64,000 nt of DNA from NCBI GenBank assembly GCA_038844785.1, contig JAWBRA010000009.1, forward strand, positions 1-64,000, read 5' to 3'. The translations under genes and the position numbers were made by a program. The stretch is from Candidatus Caldarchaeum sp. Its GTDB lineage: Archaea > Thermoproteota > Nitrososphaeria_A > Caldarchaeales > Caldarchaeaceae. Below, piece by piece: positions 1 to 9,485 of the stretch (its first letter is position 1; every line of letters begins with the position of its first letter). The notes below the pieces were generated by a model. That model searched no databases. It saw nothing but the letters and a program-made list of their open reading frames with translations, and was not told the origin of the DNA.

Positions 1-2
1 AG

Positions 3-212
3 AGGCTCGGAATAGAATACATCCATGAGACGTTTGGAGATAGGAATAGGGTTGAGAGGTGGTTTAGGAAGCTTAAGGATAGGACCAAGAGATTCTACAA
101 CAACATAAACTCAAAGACAGTAAAGAGATTAGAAGAGATAGCAGCAGCAATAGCCCTAATACACAACACACTCATAAAAACCAAGACAGAAGGAGGCGTA
201 TTACTTGGTTGA
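3..212 (+). mobile_element. IS6-family transposase, C-terminal part (truncated by window edge)
   Basis: Frame from nt 3 reads ...HETFGDRNRVERWFRKLKDRTKRFYNN...LLG*, the N-x-x-E-R-x-F-x-x-L-K motif of archaeal IS6 DDE transposases. Not in the ORF track. Confidence 0.8.
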
Positions 213-219
213 CAGTACC
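210..219. repeat. Right terminal inverted repeat of the IS6 element
   Basis: TGACAGTACC (rc GGTACTGTCA) overlaps the transposase stop codon and resembles the IS6 GGYnCTGTC end. Confidence 0.6.
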
Positions 220-252
220 TACCAGGTCAGGGGAAAGGCTGCCTCCATCGGT

Positions 253-328
253 TGGGGCCGCTGGGATTTGAACCCAGGATTGCCAGCGCCCCAGGCTGGA
301 GTCTTAGACCAAGCTAGACCACGGCCCC
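253..328 (-). tRNA. tRNA-Pro(GGG)
   Basis: rc GGGGCCGTGGTCTAGCTTGGTCTAAGACTCCAGC-CTGGGGC-GCTGGCAATCCTGGGTTCAAATCCCAGCGGCCCCA folds as a full cloverleaf with anticodon GGG. CCA is not encoded. Confidence 0.95.
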
Positions 329-463
329 CTCGGTCACTATACATGGAAAACGGCTCTCTTTATGTTTTGGCGTTGGCGGATGGCTTGAAGCAGCCTGTTG
401 AAAAAGTTTTGTAGACCAGCTTAGGCTGGGGCTATGGCATGTTTTCAAGGCAGCTAAACAATA

Positions 464-2578
464 TTATTGTAGTGTTGCCATACCCCTTGCGTCGACAGCT
501 CTTATTTTATCGCCTGCGACGATCAAAGGGTTTATCTCAAGCATGGTTATAGAGGGGTTTTCGAATACTATTTTGGAGAAGCTGGTTATCGTTTTTTGCA
601 GTTTTTTCCTGTCTACAGGAGGGATGTTCCTGAACCCTTTGAAGAGGTTTGAAAACCTCAGCATGTCCATCATCGTTCCAGCCTCGTCATACTCGAGCGG
701 GGCGACAAACGTGACGAAGTCTCTGATGGCTTCGGTGAATACGCCGCCCAACCCCACCATGGTGACAGGCCCTAAGACAGGGTCTATTTTGGACCCGAGT
801 ATCAGCTCAAGACCGTAAACCATCTCCTGCACAGCTATCCCGTCTTTCTCAACACCGAGCCTTGCAGCCAGCTCGGAAAGCTTTCTGAAAGCCTGAACGG
901 CTTGCTGGCTGCCGTTTATTCCCAGCACCACCCCTCCGACGTCTGTCTTGTGCGCAAGCCTTTGGGAAGCTAATTTCATCACGAGCGGGTAACCCATTTC
1001 TTCAGCAGTATCCCAGACCTCATCCTCCGAATACACAACCTTTTCCTTAACAACTGGGACATCATACTTTCGCAGCATATGATATATCTCATCCCGTGTT
1101 AAGGGCCGTTGACCTCTGCCGTTCTGCGGCTTAAAAATCGGAAACTCACGTCTTGCCGGTTTTAAGACTTTAGCCAAAGTCGATAGGACTTTAAGCGCCT
1201 CCTCCATGTTTCGGTATGAAGGAATTCCGTTTTGAACCATGAGCTGGCGTACAGCCACAGCCCACTCCGAGCTTCCAGTATCGCATCCAACAACCATTGC
1301 TCCGGAGTTTCTGGCTATGGCTGCGACTTTCTCAATAACCGTTTCATCCATCGAGGGAGGGATGTGGAAGGGCATTATCAGATGCATGTCGTACAAACCA
1401 CTGGCGGAAACTACTCTGTAGGCTTCTGCAAAAGTCTCTGGGGTTGCGCTGCCGCTTAAGTCTAATGGGTTTGCTGGAACAACTACAGCTGGAATCTTTT
1501 CCATCTTCTTCAAAGACTCTAACTCTATGGCTAAATGGTTGGGTAGCGGCTGTATTTCTAGGCCGGCTGCTTGGGCTAGGTCTGAGGACATGACTGAAAA
1601 ACCGCCTCCGTTTGTTAACACAGCCAACCTATTTCCCTTCGGAGGCTTCTGGAGGCTCAAAGCCACAGCTACGTCAACCAGTTCTTGGACACTTTCTACG
1701 ACTACTGCCCCGGCCTGTTTTAGAGCTCCAACGAAAGCTTCCCATTCGCCGACCATGCTAGCTGTATGCGTGTAAGCAGCTTTCCTACCTATGTCTGTTC
1801 TTCCGGCTTTGACTACTATCACATGTTTTCCCGCCCTAACAGCTTTCAGAACTTCGTTGAGAAACTTTCTGCCATCGTCAACCCCCTCAACATACAATGC
1901 GATGACCGCTGTTAAAGCATCGTTGGAGAAATAGCCGACCAGCTCGGATAAGCTGACGTCCACTTGGTTTCCAACGCAGGCTGCAGCCCTCAGCCCTACA
2001 CCTCTCTCTCCTAGAGAGTCTATGATATAGTAGGCTATGGCTCCGCTCTGCGATACGATGGCTATGTTCCCTCTCCGCGGATATGTTATGCTCCGTGCCG
2101 GCCTTCCGTTCGAAAAAGGTTTTAGAGGCCGTGTGAAGAACGTGTCGACGCCAGTGTAGTTGTCTATTACGCCGACTGTGTTTGGGCCGAGAACTCTGAT
2201 TCTATAACTGGAGATGATTTCTTTCAAAAGCTGCGTTAGATGGATGTTGCCGGTTTCGGAGAACCCTCCGCTTACTATGATCGCGGCCCTGACGTTGTTT
2301 CTACCAGCCTCCGAGATTATTTGAGGGACGTGAGAAGCAGGAACGGCGACCACGACCAGGTCGATGCTTTCATTTATATCTGAGATGCTTGCAAACACAC
2401 GACGTCCCATGATCTCGGCCACTGTGGGGTTAACCGGATAAACCTCAGCCCTCAAAACACCACTCTCTCTGTTAGCCATCAACCTTTCATATATGACTCG
2501 GCCGATTTTCGCAGGATCTCGTGAGACTCCAACTACGGCTATCGAGCTGGGGCTAAAGAATGCTTCAAGACTGTTCAA
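464..2578 (-). CDS. acdAB: Acetate/acyl-CoA ligase (ADP-forming), fused alpha-beta
   Basis: CoA-binding N-terminus (SIAVVGVS, YPVNP, LGPN), SQSG, phospho-His in AYTHTASM, NPLDL, ATP-grasp C-terminus (HKTDVGGV, EINPL). Confidence 0.92.
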   Translation of the reverse strand: MNSLEAFFSPSSIAVVGVSRDPAKIGRVIYERLMANRESGVLRAEVYPVNPTVAEIMGRRVFASISDINESIDLVVVAVPASHVPQIISEAGRNNVRAAIIVSGGFSETGNIHLTQLLKEIISSYRIRVLGPNTVGVIDNYTGVDTFFTRPLKPFSNGRPARSITYPRRGNIAIVSQSGAIAYYIIDSLGERGVGLRAAACVGNQVDVSLSELVGYFSNDALTAVIALYVEGVDDGRKFLNEVLKAVRAGKHVIVVKAGRTDIGRKAAYTHTASMVGEWEAFVGALKQAGAVVVESVQELVDVAVALSLQKPPKGNRLAVLTNGGGFSVMSSDLAQAAGLEIQPLPNHLAIELESLKKMEKIPAVVVPANPLDLSGSATPETFAEAYRVVSASGLYDMHLIMPFHIPPSMDETVIEKVAAIARNSGAMVVGCDTGSSEWAVAVRQLMVQNGIPSYRNMEEALKVLSTLAKVLKPARREFPIFKPQNGRGQRPLTRDEIYHMLRKYDVPVVKEKVVYSEDEVWDTAEEMGYPLVMKLASQRLAHKTDVGGVVLGINGSQQAVQAFRKLSELAARLGVEKDGIAVQEMVYGLELILGSKIDPVLGPVTMVGLGGVFTEAIRDFVTFVAPLEYDEAGTMMDMLRFSNLFKGFRNIPPVDRKKLQKTITSFSKIVFENPSITMLEINPLIVAGDKIRAVDARGMATLQ

Positions 2579-2701
2579 TTACACCACCCGATTATCGAGC
2601 CCAAGCTTAGGCTTGGCATGGGTATTGTCCGTGGCCCATAATTTAAACAGGGTTTCAAAAGCGTATATAAAACGCCGTGTGGATTGTTATTGTAGAGCCC
2701 C

Positions 2702-3583
2702 ATGCTCAAAATAAGGTTTCACGGCAGGGGCGGCCAGGGTGTTAAAACCAGCAGCCGTATTCTCGGCCAGGCAGCTTTTCTCGAAGGCTTCATGGCCCAA
2801 GACTCTCCTGTATATGGGGCTGAGAGACGGGGTGCGCCTGTTGTCGCGTTCACACGCATCTCCAACAGCGTTATCCTGGAGAGGGGTTTTATCTTCGACC
2901 CCGACATCGTGGTCGTCATGGATGAGACGCTGCTGGACGACTGGCTGGCCAGGCCGCTGGAGGGTTTAAAAAAGGGTGGAGTTTTGTTCATAAACACACA
3001 CGCCGACGCAGTCGATGTAAAGCATGGAGTTGCAAAAGTTGTGAAGCACAGCCTGACCGATGCAGCGTTAAAAATAGTCGGCAAGCCTGTGATCAGCGCG
3101 GCCGCGGCGGCTGCTGCTGCCAAGCTATCCGGCATTGTCAAGAAAAAGTCGGTCTTGGAGGCTACTCTGGCGGAGTTGACGGAGCTCGGCTTGAGAGATG
3201 ATTTGTTGGAGAAAAACCTTAGGCTTGTTGCTGAGGTCTACGACGACGTCCCGCGTCCGGTGATAAACGTGGAGCATGAGAGCATAAGCCGTGAGGTTGT
3301 TCCCATTTTTTCAGGCGGTGTTGTAACCTTGGACATTGTCAACCTCGGAAACTCAACTCTCAGACGGACTGGAAACTGGCGTCTATACAAGCCGGTTGTC
3401 GATTATCAGAGGTGCACTGGCTGCATGGTTTGCTACGTCTACTGTCCGGAGTCAGCGATAGCTCTAGACCCTGATAACAGGCCGTTGGTAGACTATGAAA
3501 ACTGCAAGGGTTGTATGATTTGCTTGAAAGAGTGTCCTATGCGGGCTATATCGGCTGTCAGGGAGGTGAAGGTTTATGCGTGA
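2702..3583 (+). CDS. 2-oxoacid:ferredoxin oxidoreductase gamma-delta fusion
   Basis: HGRGGQG and YGAERRGAP gamma motifs, followed by TGNWR and two CxxCxxCxxxCP 4Fe-4S motifs. Confidence 0.92.
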   Translation: MLKIRFHGRGGQGVKTSSRILGQAAFLEGFMAQDSPVYGAERRGAPVVAFTRISNSVILERGFIFDPDIVVVMDETLLDDWLARPLEGLKKGGVLFINTHADAVDVKHGVAKVVKHSLTDAALKIVGKPVISAAAAAAAAKLSGIVKKKSVLEATLAELTELGLRDDLLEKNLRLVAEVYDDVPRPVINVEHESISREVVPIFSGGVVTLDIVNLGNSTLRRTGNWRLYKPVVDYQRCTGCMVCYVYCPESAIALDPDNRPLVDYENCKGCMICLKECPMRAISAVREVKVYA

Positions 3584-4811
3584 AGTGGAGATGATGACTG
3601 GAAACACTGCGGCAGCGTGGGCCGCTAGATTGGCAAATGTAGACTACATACCGGCATATCCGATAACACCCCAAACAGAGATTATCGAGACTCTCGCCAA
3701 ATGGATAAGAGAGGGTCTTATGAAGGCGAAGCTTGTCCAACTGGAGTCGGAGCACTCGATGCTCACCGCCGCGGGTACCGCCTCTTGCGCTGGGGCGAGA
3801 GTTTTTACAGCAACCTCAAGTCAAGGTCTTCTTTACGGCTTTGAAATGCTCTACAACATATCGGGCTGGAGAGCTCCTCTGGTGTTGGTGAATGTCTCTC
3901 GCGGAGTTGCTGCTCCGATAACCCTTGAGCCCGACCACAACGATGTGTTAGCGGCTAGGGACAGCGGTTTCCTCCAGCTGCATGCAGAAAGCTGTCAAGA
4001 TGTCTTTGACTTGGTTCTACTGGCTTACCGGGTTTCAGAGGACAAGAATGTGATGCTTCCCTCACTGGTTAACATGGACGGCTTCTACCTATCCTTCACC
4101 CGCGAGCCTGTGCGTCTTCTGGACGAGGATGACGTCTCCTCCTTCCTACCACCCTATGAGCCGATAAACCCTTTCAGAGCAAGCCAGCCTGTCGTCAAAG
4201 GTGCGGCTGTTATCGGCGGACACATATACACATACTTCAAACACAACATACACGAGTCTATGGATAGAGCTTTAGAGGTCTTCGAGAAAGCCGCGGCGGC
4301 TTTTGAAAAAATGACTGGAAGAAGGCACGGGCCCGTCGAAGGATACTTGCTAGACGATGCCGAGTATGTTCTGGTCATGAGCAACTCTTTCACAACGATA
4401 GGGAGAAAGGCTGTGTTGAAGCTTAGGGAAAAAGGCGTGCCCGCGGGACTTGTCAAAGTTGTGATGCTGAGACCCTTCCCCAAGAAACAGGTCGTCGAGC
4501 TTCTTAAGGGGAGGAAAGCCGTGGCTGTCTTCGACCAAAACCTTTCCCCCGGGCTTGGTGGAATAATCCACAGCGAAGTGGCTTCATCACTGTACCACGA
4601 GCGTAGGCGGCCGGAAACACTTCTGTCAGTTGTGGGTGGGCTTGGCGGAAAATACATATCACCCGAAGAGTTTGAACATGTCTTCAACCTTTTGCAGAAT
4701 CCTGATGGATTGGACCTAACAAAGCCCGTGTTCCTTTTCAGAGAGGATGAGCTAAGCGACGTTAAGCGTGTGTTTAAGCTGGCAGGCTTGCAGGAGGTTG
4801 ATGCACAGTGA
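3576..4811 (+). CDS. porA: 2-oxoacid (pyruvate):ferredoxin oxidoreductase alpha subunit
   Basis: YPITPQT, ESEH, TATSSQGL motifs; operon context. Confidence 0.92.
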   Translation: MREVEMMTGNTAAAWAARLANVDYIPAYPITPQTEIIETLAKWIREGLMKAKLVQLESEHSMLTAAGTASCAGARVFTATSSQGLLYGFEMLYNISGWRAPLVLVNVSRGVAAPITLEPDHNDVLAARDSGFLQLHAESCQDVFDLVLLAYRVSEDKNVMLPSLVNMDGFYLSFTREPVRLLDEDDVSSFLPPYEPINPFRASQPVVKGAAVIGGHIYTYFKHNIHESMDRALEVFEKAAAAFEKMTGRRHGPVEGYLLDDAEYVLVMSNSFTTIGRKAVLKLREKGVPAGLVKVVMLRPFPKKQVVELLKGRKAVAVFDQNLSPGLGGIIHSEVASSLYHERRRPETLLSVVGGLGGKYISPEEFEHVFNLLQNPDGLDLTKPVFLFREDELSDVKRVFKLAGLQEVDAQ

Positions 4812-5791
4812 GTGTGACAAGGTTTAAGACGTTGAGGGATATTCCGTTAGAGGAGTTTTTAGCGGCAGGGTCTCCGATGTGCGCCGGCTGCGGCGGCCTG
4901 CTTGCCTTAAGGGTCTTCCACAAGGCCTTGGGCGGTAAAGCTGTCTTCGTAAACGCCGCCGGCTGCCTTACTCTTCTCCAAGTCTATCCCTACTCGCCGT
5001 TGAAGTCAAGTTGGATGTATACGGCTTTTGCGTCGGCTCCGGCTGGGGCCCAGGGCATAAGGGATGCTTTGGATGTTTTGCTCGAAAAAGGCCGAATCCC
5101 GGCTGAGGAGAACGTGAAAGTTGTTGCCCTTACAGGGGACGGCGCCGCCTACGACATCGGTCTTCAAGCTACTTCAGGAGCTATTGAGAGAGGTTTAGAC
5201 TTCTACTACCTGGTTTATGATAACGAGGCTTATGGTAACACTGGTTTTCAGAAAAGCGGTGCAACTCCCTACGGCTCTGCGACGACAACCACTCCGCCAA
5301 CAGAGCTAAACCCCGTCGGCTACACCGGGTTTAAGAAAGACCTTTTCGAGGTTTGGAGGAGTCATTCACCGCCTTACGTGGCAACGCTGGCGCCTTCCCA
5401 TGTCGTCGACATGTTGAGAAAGATAGAGAAAGCGTCAAAGTACAAGGGTCCGAAGTTATTCATCTGTTTTTCGCCCTGTCCGACGGGGTGGGGTTTCGAC
5501 CCTTCTGAGACGATAAGAATATCTAAGCTAGCTGTTGAATGCGGTGTATGGCCTTTGAAGGAGGCGGTGTTCGGCGAAGTCAAACACACAGTTGTCCCCC
5601 GGTTCCTAAAGCCTGTTGAGGAATATCTCTCAACTCAGGAGAGGTACAGACATTTGTTTCATCCTGTTAGGCTGGATGAAGCCATCGAAAAAATACAGGA
5701 GCAGGTCTATATTTACTGGAAAAAGGCTAAGGAAGCTGAGAACCTAGACATTATTCTGCCGTCGGAGATGCAGATACGTCTAAAACCCTGA
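4808..5791 (+). CDS. porB: 2-oxoacid (pyruvate):ferredoxin oxidoreductase beta subunit
   Basis: CAGCG, TPP motif GDG...DNEAYGNTG, SPCPTGW. Confidence 0.92.
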   Translation: MSVTRFKTLRDIPLEEFLAAGSPMCAGCGGLLALRVFHKALGGKAVFVNAAGCLTLLQVYPYSPLKSSWMYTAFASAPAGAQGIRDALDVLLEKGRIPAEENVKVVALTGDGAAYDIGLQATSGAIERGLDFYYLVYDNEAYGNTGFQKSGATPYGSATTTTPPTELNPVGYTGFKKDLFEVWRSHSPPYVATLAPSHVVDMLRKIEKASKYKGPKLFICFSPCPTGWGFDPSETIRISKLAVECGVWPLKEAVFGEVKHTVVPRFLKPVEEYLSTQERYRHLFHPVRLDEAIEKIQEQVYIYWKKAKEAENLDIILPSEMQIRLKP

Positions 5792-6068
5792 AAAAGTTTC
5801 GGCTCTAGCGGCTGGGTTATTAGAGGATGACGGATTGTTGTCGGTTACAGTGCCTTCGAAGATAACTTTGTTTCAGCTCATTTGTTGGATGTGGACGAGA
5901 ACTTTAGGGAAAAGTCAGCCCAACAGCTTTCTTCAATGCTTGAACAAAAAGAACCTCGGCTGCATATTGATAGCGTTATGTAAAAAACGGGGCAAGCAGT
6001 AAACACTATGCATTAGCGGTGCTGGAAAACTGTATGAACTATAGTGATAGTTCAAAAAGCTTTGAAAA

Positions 6069-7106
6069 TTACGCAGGCTTACGTTTCTTCAAAACTTCGT
6101 ATAGAGCTGTCTTGACTTGTTTTTCTGCTACCAAACCCATGGGTTTGAACAAAAGCATCACTATTATCAACGCTCCCATAAAGGCGTACCTTAGGTAGGA
6201 GATGTCAAAGCCGACAACTATGCCGAAGACGGCTAAAGTGCTTGCTTGAGAAAACCGTTCGAACAGCGAGAGGACAACAGCTCCAACGACAGCGCCTACG
6301 TTGTTCGCAACCCCACCCAGTATAATCATTGTTAGAATGAAGAACGTGATGGAGGGGACGAAATCGTCGGGGAAGATGGATTGGGAGTAAAATGTGTAAA
6401 TCGAGCCGGCTGCGCCGGCGATCGCAGAGCCGATGAAAAGCACTTGACCACGGACCTGTGCGACATTCTTCCCAAACACGTAGCCCACGAGCTCGTCGTC
6501 TCTAACCGCCTTCATCACCCTGCCAAACGGAGAGTTAGAAACTCTTTCAACTAAGACGAATACAAGAGCTGTAACTAGGAAGGTTGTTGCTAGATAAGCT
6601 GTTGTCACGAGGGTCGGCTGCTTCAAGAAGACGAATGGGTTAGCTATTCCCGAGATGCCGAACACGCCTCCAACCAAGGGCTCGTAGGTCCTTACGAAAA
6701 CTCTCGCCGCCTCACCGAATATCAACAGGGTTATCGCCAGCATGCTTTCCTTCAGAGCTAAAGCTGGATAGCTCGCCAAATATCCTATCACGCCAGCGAC
6801 CCCCGCGCTGAGGACCAAGCTCAATATGAAAATCCCTATTGAAACAGCGGGGTTGTCTGCTGCATATGCAACCCTCAAAGACGCCGCCACAGCCGACAAA
6901 GGGTCCGCAACACCCAAAATGGAATCGTATATTTTGGTCGTTAGAGCAGCCGTCACGATGGATCCGATGAAGAAGAACAGGACTTTACCCAGGTTTGGTA
7001 CGCCGGTGTACCCGTATTCGATGTTCGTGCTTAGGGCTAGCATTATGTAAATCAGTAGGTAGAACATGGAGCTGTAGAATAAGATGAGGAGGCTTTCGAG
7101 GTTCAA
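6069..7106 (-). CDS. livM: Branched-chain amino acid ABC transporter permease
   Basis: Polytopic membrane protein; SPFGRVMKAVRDDE motif. Confidence 0.88.
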   Translation of the reverse strand: MNLESLLILFYSSMFYLLIYIMLALSTNIEYGYTGVPNLGKVLFFFIGSIVTAALTTKIYDSILGVADPLSAVAASLRVAYAADNPAVSIGIFILSLVLSAGVAGVIGYLASYPALALKESMLAITLLIFGEAARVFVRTYEPLVGGVFGISGIANPFVFLKQPTLVTTAYLATTFLVTALVFVLVERVSNSPFGRVMKAVRDDELVGYVFGKNVAQVRGQVLFIGSAIAGAAGSIYTFYSQSIFPDDFVPSITFFILTMIILGGVANNVGAVVGAVVLSLFERFSQASTLAVFGIVVGFDISYLRYAFMGALIIVMLLFKPMGLVAEKQVKTALYEVLKKRKPA

Positions 7107-8002
7107 GCTTCAACCACCCTTCTGAGCCTTAAACGGTTGCGGTAAAGCAATGTGACGGCTATAGCCACGTATGGGATGAGCGGTTTATACGCCGTCTCGA
7201 CGCCGAAGCCTCTGTTCAAAACCCACATACCCATGTTCTCCGCAAACCCTATGACAAACCCTCCGGCAAGCGTTAGGGGGAAGCTGGTTAGGCCGCCTAT
7301 TATCGAGGCGGAGAAAACCCACAGCAGCATGCGCCATCCGGACTCGGGGTTTATTGCGGTATAGTATGCCCAAAGGGCTCCTGAAACACCGGCAAGGAAG
7401 CCTGTGAGCAGCCTAGTGAACTTTCTGACACGCCAGACCGGTATCCCGCTGCTGACTGCAAGGTCTCTGTTGCTGGCGACTGCCCGCATAGCTTTGCCGA
7501 TTTTTGTTCTGAAGCTGGTGTATGTGAGGATGGTGACGCTGGCTAGAAGTGTCGCTAGGGCTAGGGCGTGGAGACGGGTCAGCGGCCTAGCTCCAAGATA
7601 TATCAGGGGGAAGTCCTTGAAACCGGATGAGAGGAAGAGAAGGTCTTCTATGTCTGCGAAGATGGAGAAAGTGTAGCGGATTAGAAGGCTGGCTCCGATG
7701 CTTGCTATGAAGACCTGCAGCAAGGTGGCTCCCCTTAGCTCAAGCCTTTTGTAACCCAGCTCGTCCACTAGAATAGAGATAAGAGAAGCGCCCGCCCCAG
7801 CTAAGAACATCGAACCTATCGGGTCAAATCCCTGCAGTGTTGAAAGGGCTGCTATGTAACATCCTATGGTGATGTATTCGCCTACAGCGAAGTCGGCTAT
7901 TTTCGTAACAGAGTAGTTCAGCGTCAGCCCAACCGCAGCCATGGCGTACAGCGATGAAGCCAGGAGTGATATAGGGAGCTGTGCCAAAGCCTCCTCTATC
8001 AT
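7103..8002 (-). CDS. livH: Branched-chain amino acid ABC transporter permease
   Basis: AVGLTL, TKIGKAMRAVASNRDLA...GI motif. Confidence 0.88.
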   Translation of the reverse strand: MIEEALAQLPISLLASSLYAMAAVGLTLNYSVTKIADFAVGEYITIGCYIAALSTLQGFDPIGSMFLAGAGASLISILVDELGYKRLELRGATLLQVFIASIGASLLIRYTFSIFADIEDLLFLSSGFKDFPLIYLGARPLTRLHALALATLLASVTILTYTSFRTKIGKAMRAVASNRDLAVSSGIPVWRVRKFTRLLTGFLAGVSGALWAYYTAINPESGWRMLLWVFSASIIGGLTSFPLTLAGGFVIGFAENMGMWVLNRGFGVETAYKPLIPYVAIAVTLLYRNRLRLRRVVEA

Positions 8003-8015
8003 TCAGCCCCAGCCT

Positions 8016-8723
8016 TTAACCTCTTTGGAAGAAGATTGCGCCAAGGTCGACTCCGGCCATGTTCTCGCTGGGGGCTTCGAAAACGATTCTCCCACCCACC
8101 ATCACCACTGTCCTGTCAGAGTGCTGGATCGCTTTGAGGGCGTGCTGCTCTATTAAAGCCATAGTAATGCCCTCCCTCCGCAACAAATCAATTTTTTCAT
8201 AGATTCTGTCAACAATTTTCGGTGCAAGGCCTGCAGAAGGCTCGTCGATAATTACAAGCTTGGGAGAGGTCATGAGAAGCCTTGCCATAGCTAGCATCTG
8301 ACGTTCTCCGCCGCTCATGGTTCCAGCTTTTTGACTAACACGCTCTTCAAGCTCGGGAAACATTTCAAGAACTTGACGCAGTCTTGCTTTGAGCTCAGTC
8401 TTGCTTAGACTGTAACCTCCCATCTCTAGGTTTTCTAATACTGTGAGGTCTGGGAAAATGTTCTGGGTCTGAGGCAAGTATCCTATTCCCATATGTATTC
8501 TTTTCTCGGGAGGAGTGTGGGTTATGTCTTTTCCCTCATAGTTTAACGAGCCTGAAAAGATCGTGGTGAACCCTATGATGGATTTGGCTAGGGTGCTTTT
8601 ACCCGAGCCGTTAGGACCTATGACGGCTGCTGTCACCCCCTCCATGAGTCTGAGGTTTATGTCCCTGATGATTGGTAGTTTACCGTAGCCAGCAACCAAT
8701 CCTTGAATTTCTAAGACGTTCAT
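8016..8723 (-). CDS. livF: ABC transporter ATP-binding protein
   Basis: GPNGSGKS, MSGGERQM, DEPSAGLAP. Confidence 0.9.
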   Translation of the reverse strand: MNVLEIQGLVAGYGKLPIIRDINLRLMEGVTAAVIGPNGSGKSTLAKSIIGFTTIFSGSLNYEGKDITHTPPEKRIHMGIGYLPQTQNIFPDLTVLENLEMGGYSLSKTELKARLRQVLEMFPELEERVSQKAGTMSGGERQMLAMARLLMTSPKLVIIDEPSAGLAPKIVDRIYEKIDLLRREGITMALIEQHALKAIQHSDRTVVMVGGRIVFEAPSENMAGVDLGAIFFQRG

Positions 8724-9481
8724 GGACCTCTGCCGCCAAGGTAAGCCTCTATCACTTTCTCGTCTCTGACAGCGCTTCCTGGATCGCCGTCGTAGATTAT
8801 TTTTCCTTCATGCATGACAATGACCCTCTGCACATATTCAAGCAGCATATCTATTCGGTGTTCTATGATTATGAATGTGGTGTTCCTGATTTTGTTTAGC
8901 TCTTGGATTGTTTTGAAAATTTTGTGGGCTAAGGGGGTTGCGACTCCCGCAGCTGGTTCGTCTAGAAGAACTAGCTTACCCTCACCCATTACAGCTCTTC
9001 CGATCTCCGTTAGTTTCATCTGGCCTCCCGAAACCTCCGACCCCCAGCTTTGATGGACTTCTAAGAGATGGAGCCAGTCAAGGACCTCCGCAGCCTTCTC
9101 TGAAAGGCTTTTTTCCTGCTCAACCCACAGCCCTCTGAACGGCGCTTTTAAGGGTGACTCACCTTTTTGCCCGGCTGGCGCCAGCATGAAGTTCTCTGCA
9201 ACCGTGAGATGCCAGAAGGTGCGTGGTATCTGGAAACTTCTCACTATTCCGCGTTTGAATAGTTCATGAGGCATAAGGCCGTCAACTCTCTCTCCCTCAA
9301 ACCAAATCCCGCCCGCGTCAGGCTTCAAAACACCTGAGATGAGGTTGAAGAGCGTTGTCTTCCCCGAGCCGTTTGGACCGATCAACCCTATAAGCTCTCC
9401 CCTAGCCGCTGTGAACGAGACACCGTTGACAGCAACCAGTCCCCCAAACCGTTTTGTAAGCTCTCTGACCTGGAGGCTCAA
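8720..9481 (-). CDS. livG: ABC transporter ATP-binding protein
   Basis: FGGLVAV, GPNGSGKTT, LLDEPAAG, C-terminal VIEAYLG. Confidence 0.9.
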   Translation of the reverse strand: MSLQVRELTKRFGGLVAVNGVSFTAARGELIGLIGPNGSGKTTLFNLISGVLKPDAGGIWFEGERVDGLMPHELFKRGIVRSFQIPRTFWHLTVAENFMLAPAGQKGESPLKAPFRGLWVEQEKSLSEKAAEVLDWLHLLEVHQSWGSEVSGGQMKLTEIGRAVMGEGKLVLLDEPAAGVATPLAHKIFKTIQELNKIRNTTFIIIEHRIDMLLEYVQRVIVMHEGKIIYDGDPGSAVRDEKVIEAYLGGRGP

Positions 9482-9485
9482 TCCT

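Noticed and set aside
205-414. 69-aa ORF
   Set aside because: It is the antisense reading of tRNA-Pro.
5830-5983. Open frame of about 50 codons (RIVVGYSAFEDN...) between porB and livM
   Set aside because: No clear start and no recognisable homology; possibly a gene remnant but unsupported.
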